The notes beneath the pieces were generated by a model. The model made no database searches. It saw only the letters and a program-made list of their open reading frames with translations, and was not told where the DNA came from. A stretch of DNA of 13,930 nucleotides from Candidatus Methylomirabilia bacterium (GTDB lineage Bacteria > Methylomirabilota > Methylomirabilia > Rokubacteriales > CSP1-6): contig JBGQEL010000117.1 of NCBI GenBank assembly GCA_041496385.1, positions 1 through 13,930 of the forward strand. Direction: 5' to 3'. The stretch's first letter is position 1. The number at the start of each line of letters is the position of its first letter. Made by a program: the position numbers and the translations under genes. This document shows positions 10,144-13,930 of this stretch, in pieces.

Positions 10144-10886
10144 GCGCGCTCCGGGTGCATGCGCTCCAGGCGCTGAGCGCGCTGGCGCTGCTCGGCGCGT
10201 GGGAGGCCGTGGCGCGCGCGGGCTGGGTCGACCCGCTCTTCGTCCCCGCGCCCAGCGCCGTCGCGCGGGCGCTCCGGGCGATCGGCGGCCCGGCGCTCGC
10301 GGCGCTTGGCGACACGCTCGGCAAGACCGCGGTCGCCTACGTCCTGTCGGTGGTCCTGGGCGTCGCGGCCGGGCTGCTCGTCGGCTCCGTGCGCCTGCTC
10401 CGCGACGTCCTGAACCCGTTCGTCATCGCGCTCTACGGAATCCCGAAGATCCTCGTGCTGCCCTGGATCGTGCTGCTCCTCGGCTACGGGACCGCGCCGG
10501 CGATCTTCTATGGCACGATCCACGGCCTGTTCCCGATCCTCGTGCTGGTGATGGGCGCGGTCCGCGACGTGGATCGCACGCTCGTCACCGTGGCGCGCGC
10601 CTACGGCGCCACGACGTGGCAGCTCTACTGGAAGGTGCTGCTGCCCGCGATCGTCCCCTCCGTGTTCGCGGGCATGCGCCTGGGGATCGTCTTCTGCCTG
10701 CTGGGCGTGCTCGTCGTGGAGATGTTCGCCGGCGTGCGCGGCATGGGCTACGTGATGGGCTCGCTCGCGAACGGCTTCCAGGCGCCCGAGCTGTTCGCCG
10801 CCACGGCGCTGGTCTCCGCGGCGTCCATCTCGATCGTCCTGGCGCTCGACCACGCGAGCGAGCGCCTGTCCCACTGGCGGGGCTGA
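10140..10886 (+). CDS. Second ABC transporter permease, NitT/TauT family
   Basis: GTGA overlap with the preceding permease. WEAV...PAPS, IPKILVLPW, EAA-like loop LVTVARAYGAT and VVEMFAGVRGMG. Confidence 0.93.
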   Translation: MSALRVHALQALSALALLGAWEAVARAGWVDPLFVPAPSAVARALRAIGGPALAALGDTLGKTAVAYVLSVVLGVAAGLLVGSVRLLRDVLNPFVIALYGIPKILVLPWIVLLLGYGTAPAIFYGTIHGLFPILVLVMGAVRDVDRTLVTVARAYGATTWQLYWKVLLPAIVPSVFAGMRLGIVFCLLGVLVVEMFAGVRGMGYVMGSLANGFQAPELFAATALVSAASISIVLALDHASERLSHWRG

Positions 10887-10970
10887 TCACTCCGGAGGCG
10901 GAACTTTCCGGTTTCGGCGCCCAGTTTCTTCCCACGCTGGACCCGCGACCCGCCGCCTCGCGTCCATAGA

Positions 10971-10983
10971 AATCAATCATTTC
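10971..10983 (+). promoter_or_regulatory. Putative IHF binding site
   Basis: AATCAATCATTTC matches the consensus WATCAANNNNTTR except at the last base. It sits in a conspicuous AT-rich patch of otherwise GC-rich DNA, just upstream of a -24/-12 motif. Confidence 0.55.
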
Positions 10984-10997
10984 GGAGACACCACCCC

Positions 10998-11014
10998 GAG
11001 GAACGCTTATTGCT
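10998..11014 (+). promoter_or_regulatory. Putative sigma-54 (RpoN) -24/-12 promoter
   Basis: GAGGAACGCTTATTGCT versus the consensus YTGGCACG-N4-TTGCW. The invariant GG (11000-11001) and GC (11012-11013) are separated by exactly 10 nt, and ACG and TTGCT are conserved. It points toward the ORF at 11062. Confidence 0.6.
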
Positions 11015-11061
11015 CTTTCCCCGACTGTCCGCCGGCCAGCGTGCCGGGAAGGAGGATGGTC

Positions 11062-11271
11062 ATGGGGTCGTCAATCTCCGCCGAGATCGTGACGGTGTAC
11101 CGGATGCTCGATGGCTCGATCTACCATCGGCGCTGCGGCCAGAAGATCACGCTGAAGGGCCAGCGCGCCGGGCTCGAAGTGGATTTCTACTGCTTCACCT
11201 GCGCCGAGTCGGTGACGCTTCCGTTCTGCGTGCTCGGGAATATCCCGGTCGCGGACGGCGCGGTCGTCTGA
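11062..11271 (+). CDS. Small hypothetical protein, 69 aa, with an HxxC-x18-CxxC putative zinc-ribbon motif
   Basis: MGSSISAEIVTVYRMLDGSIYHRRCGQKITLKGQRAGLEVDFYCFTCAESVTLPFCVLGNIPVADGAVV*. Strong SD AAGGAGG (11049-11055) lies 6 nt before ATG 11062, favouring this start over 11041 or 11056. GC-rich third positions and no overlap with neighbouring genes. Confidence 0.8.
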   Translation: MGSSISAEIVTVYRMLDGSIYHRRCGQKITLKGQRAGLEVDFYCFTCAESVTLPFCVLGNIPVADGAVV

Positions 11272-11275
11272 GTCC

Positions 11276-12181
11276 CTACTCGCCCTTCAGCGTCGGGTCG
11301 AGGAGGTCGCGTAGCCAGTCGCCGGTGCGGCTCACCACGAGCGAGGCCAGCATCAGCACCAGGCCGGGAAACGTCGAGATCCACCACGCCGAGTCGAGAT
11401 ACTCCCGGCCCTCGTAGATCATCCCGCCCCAGGACGGCGTCGGCGGCTGGATGCCGAGGCCGAGGAACGAGAGCGTCGCCTCGAGCACGATCGCGCGAGC
11501 CAGCTCGAGCGTCGCGATGACGACCAGCGTGGAGAGCACGTTCGGCACGATGTGGCGCAGCACCACGCGCGCGGCCGAGCCGCCCAGCGCGTGGATCGCG
11601 TCCACGAACTCCCGCGAGCGCAGCACGAGCACCTGTGAGCGGAGGATGCGCGCGTAGGACACCCACCCCGAGAGGCCCACGACGACGATCAGCGTGGGGA
11701 AGCTCGGCCCGAGCACCGCGATGATCCCGATCGCGAGCAGGATGAACGGAAAGGCCAGCTGGGCGTCGGCGAGCGTCATGATCGCGCCGTCGACCCAGCC
11801 GCCGCGATAGCCCGCCGCGATGCCGAGCGCGGCGCCGACGAAGCCGCCGACGACCACGGCGGCGAGCCCCACCACGAGCGAGACGCGCGAGCCGTAGATC
11901 ACGCGGGAGAGCACGTCGCGCCCGAGCTGGTCGGTGCCGAGGAGGCGCGCGCGGCCGTCGGGCGCCGCGAGCGTCGGCCGGGCGAGCCGGCCGCGGAGCG
12001 CCTGGCGCGTCGGGTCGTGCGGCGCCAGCCACGGCGCCGCGGCGGCGATTCCCGCGAGCAGCAGGACGAACGCCAGCCCCGCGACGGCCAGGTGCAATGT
12101 CCGCCGCGCGCGGGCGCCGCCTACCCCGAGGGGGGCGGCCGGGGCGTCAACGAGGGCGGACGCGGGGATCGAGGAAGCCAT
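11276..12181 (-). CDS. Peptide/nickel ABC transporter permease (DppC/OppC family)
   Basis: LAPHDP...LLGTDQLGRDVLSRVIYGSRVSL, EAA loop EFVDAIHALGGS and EATLSFLGLGIQPPTPSWG...GDWLRDLLDP. The exact start is uncertain because ATG 12181 overlaps the upstream permease by 35 nt. Confidence 0.93.
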   Translation of the reverse strand: MASSIPASALVDAPAAPLGVGGARARRTLHLAVAGLAFVLLLAGIAAAAPWLAPHDPTRQALRGRLARPTLAAPDGRARLLGTDQLGRDVLSRVIYGSRVSLVVGLAAVVVGGFVGAALGIAAGYRGGWVDGAIMTLADAQLAFPFILLAIGIIAVLGPSFPTLIVVVGLSGWVSYARILRSQVLVLRSREFVDAIHALGGSAARVVLRHIVPNVLSTLVVIATLELARAIVLEATLSFLGLGIQPPTPSWGGMIYEGREYLDSAWWISTFPGLVLMLASLVVSRTGDWLRDLLDPTLKGE

Positions 12182-13073
12182 AGATCAGGTCGATCGCGAA
12201 GTTGATGACGATGAACATGATCGCGGAGAAGAAGACGGCGCACTGCACGACCGGGTAGTCGCGGTTGTAGATCGACTGGATCGCGAGCCGGCCGATCCCG
12301 GGCCAGGCGAAGACGGTCTCGGTGACGACGGCCCCGCCGAGCAGCGTCCCGAACTGGAGGCCCGTGATCGTCACGATGGGGAGCGCCGCGTTCTTCAGCG
12401 TGTGCTTGGCGACGACGAGCCACTCGGAGACCCCCTTGGCGCGCGCGGTGCGGATGTAGTCGGCGCGCAGCACTTCGAGGACCGCCGAGCGCGTGAGCCG
12501 GGCGATCGAGGCCATCGTGAAGGCGCCGAGCGTGAGGGCGGGGAGGACGAGGTGCGTCCAGTCGCCGCGCCCGCCCGTGGGAAACAGGTCGGCCTTCAGC
12601 GAGAGCACCAGGATGAAGAGGATGCCGAGAAAGAACGTCGGCGCCGCCTGGCCGACGAGCGCCACGCCCATCGCGACGTGATCCACGAGCGAGTTGCGGC
12701 GGATCGCCGAGAAGACGCCGATCGGCACGGCGACGAGCGCCGCGAGGAGGAACGAGGTCAGGCCCAGCTCGAGCGTGGCGCCCAGGTAGCCCCTCACCAC
12801 CGTGAACGCCGGCTCGCGGAAGTGGATCGAGCGGCCGAAGTCGCCGCGGAGGACGTTGCCGGCGAAGACCGCGTACTGGACGGGCAGCGCGCGGTCGAGG
12901 CCGAGCTCGCGGCGCACGCGCATGATCTCGCTCGTCGGCGCGTCGGGCGGCAGCAGCAGCGGCACGGGGTCGCCCGACAGCCGCATGACGACGAAGACCA
13001 CCGTCGTGACGAGCCAGACGGCCACGAGCGCTCGGAAGATCTTCGGGCCGAGGAAGCCGAGGACGCCGCGCAT
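12147..13073 (-). CDS. Peptide/nickel ABC transporter permease (DppB/OppB family)
   Basis: SGDP, LGLDRALPVQY, GDFGRS, ATLEL, EAA loop DYIRTARAKGVS, GGAVVTETVFAWPGIG, RDYPVVQ and DLIYGFLDPR. Confidence 0.95.
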   Translation of the reverse strand: MRGVLGFLGPKIFRALVAVWLVTTVVFVVMRLSGDPVPLLLPPDAPTSEIMRVRRELGLDRALPVQYAVFAGNVLRGDFGRSIHFREPAFTVVRGYLGATLELGLTSFLLAALVAVPIGVFSAIRRNSLVDHVAMGVALVGQAAPTFFLGILFILVLSLKADLFPTGGRGDWTHLVLPALTLGAFTMASIARLTRSAVLEVLRADYIRTARAKGVSEWLVVAKHTLKNAALPIVTITGLQFGTLLGGAVVTETVFAWPGIGRLAIQSIYNRDYPVVQCAVFFSAIMFIVINFAIDLIYGFLDPRVRPR

Positions 13074-13082
13074 CGAGGCATG

Positions 13083-13118
13083 CGCGCCCGGGGCCCCGGC
13101 GGCGGGACCCCGGACGCA
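13083..13118 (-). promoter_or_regulatory. Intergenic GC-rich stem-loop downstream of the binding-protein gene (probable mRNA-stabilising or partial-termination element)
   Basis: The minus-strand RNA UGCGUCCGGGGUCCCG-ccgc-CGGGGCCCCGGGCGCG folds into a 16-bp stem with three G-U pairs that form only on the transcribed strand. There is no U-tract. Confidence 0.6.
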
Positions 13119-13127
13119 GAGGGGCCG

Positions 13128-13930
13128 CTACGCGCGCTTGAACTTGAAGTTGAAGCGCCGGATCTCGAACTGCTGGTTCGGGTTCGGCGTGAACTCCACG
13201 AACTTCTGCAGCCCGTAGTCCTCGTAGGGCTGGATGATCGGAATCCACGGGAGGTGCTCGAGGAAGATCTTCGTCATCTCCTTGTAGGCCTCGCCCCGGA
13301 ACTTCTCGTCGATCGAGAAGCGGGCGGCGTTGCCCAGCTCATCCCAGCGCGTGTGGCGCCAGTAGTCCTGGGGGCCGCCGGGGCCGAGCAGCCGCCACAT
13401 CATGCCGTCGGGGTCGCCGAGCGTGGAGGTGGGATCGGACCAGAACACGCCCTTGAACGACCTCTCGCGGTTCTTCTGGGCGCGCACCGAGTACTCGATG
13501 ACCTCGACCTTGGCGTTGACGCCGGCGTCCTTCCACATGCCCTGGATCGCTTCCGACATCTGCTTGTCGTTGGTCAGGTAGCCGACGGTCGTCTCGATGA
13601 CGATCTCCTCGCCCTTGTAGCCGGCCTTCTTGAGGAGATCGCGGGCCGCGCTCGGGTTGTAGGCGAGCGGCGGCAGCGACCCGTCGAAGTGGTTGTCGCC
13701 CTTGGCGATCGGCTGACTCGGCACGATGCCGCGATTGCGCCACAGCTCCTTGACGACCGCCTCGCGGTCGATGGCGTGCGACAGTGCCTGCTTGACGAGC
13801 GGGTTGTCGAGCGGCGGCCGCTTGCTGTTGACGGCCAGCACGTACAGCCCCGCGTAGAGCGCGCCGGCCACCCGCGTCGTGGCGTTGCCGGCCACGCGCT
13901 CGCCCTGGTCGGCCGGCAGCTGCGTGATGA
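13128..13930 (-). CDS. ABC transporter substrate-binding protein, family 5 (DppA/OppA/NikA-like), 5'-truncated by the window edge
   Basis: The frame stays open to the window end (ITQLPADQGERVAGN...). SBP_bac_5-like segments NSKRPPLDNPLVKQALSHAIDRE, YNPSAARDLLKKAGY, IQGMWKDAGVNAKV and EHLPWIPI. Lies upstream of the DppB/C-type permeases. Confidence 0.92.
   Translation of the reverse strand, partial: ITQLPADQGERVAGNATTRVAGALYAGLYVLAVNSKRPPLDNPLVKQALSHAIDREAVVKELWRNRGIVPSQPIAKGDNHFDGSLPPLAYNPSAARDLLKKAGYKGEEIVIETTVGYLTNDKQMSEAIQGMWKDAGVNAKVEVIEYSVRAQKNRERSFKGVFWSDPTSTLGDPDGMMWRLLGPGGPQDYWRHTRWDELGNAARFSIDEKFRGEAYKEMTKIFLEHLPWIPIIQPYEDYGLQKFVEFTPNPNQQFEIRRFNFKFKRA

Noticed and set aside
10939..10965. 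Imperfect inverted repeat GGACCCGCGA...TCGCGTCC after the last permease, as a possible terminator
   Set aside because: The stem is bulged with a long loop and has no U-tract on either strand, so it is too weak to call.
11015..11055. CTTTCCC...GGGAAGG pairing that could sequester the microprotein SD
   Set aside because: The 5' arm lies upstream of the predicted sigma-54 start site (about 11025) and would not be in that transcript. It would matter only for read-through RNA.
10887..11061. Possible cobalamin riboswitch or other ncRNA in the largest intergenic region, given the B12 enzyme nearby
   Set aside because: I could not identify a B12-box or other conserved riboswitch core by eye, and the region is better explained by promoter elements. 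An Infernal/Rfam scan would be decisive.
8609..13930. Idea that the binding-protein-less NitT/TauT system and the ATPase-less Dpp system complement each other
   Set aside because: They belong to different ABC importer subfamilies, are on opposite strands, and the Dpp operon is truncated by the window edge, so nothing supports cross-assembly.

Overview
High-GC bacterial chromosomal window. The gene style would fit an uncultured soil lineage such as Ca. Rokubacteria, but that is a guess. Bases 1-10886 form one tightly packed plus-strand cluster for branched and short-chain acyl-CoA catabolism: a GntR/HutC (UTRA) regulator truncated at its 5' end, etfB, etfA, acyl-CoA dehydrogenase 1, a B12-dependent acyl-CoA mutase large subunit, ilvE, a HIT protein, the B12-binding small subunit, an unannotated 55-aa basic protein, acyl-CoA dehydrogenase 2, and a NitT/TauT-type ABC ATPase with two permeases but no binding protein. 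The mutase carries Phe79/Gln197 rather than the Tyr/Arg pair of methylmalonyl-CoA mutase, so it is most likely a two-subunit isobutyryl-CoA mutase. Downstream lies a stand-alone 69-aa HxxC/CxxC microprotein gene preceded by a candidate sigma-54 promoter (palindrome, IHF-like site, -24/-12 box). It converges on the 3' end of a minus-strand Dpp/Opp-type ABC operon (family-5 binding protein truncated by the window edge, an intergenic stem-loop, and two permeases). No RNA genes, CRISPR arrays or mobile elements were recognised.
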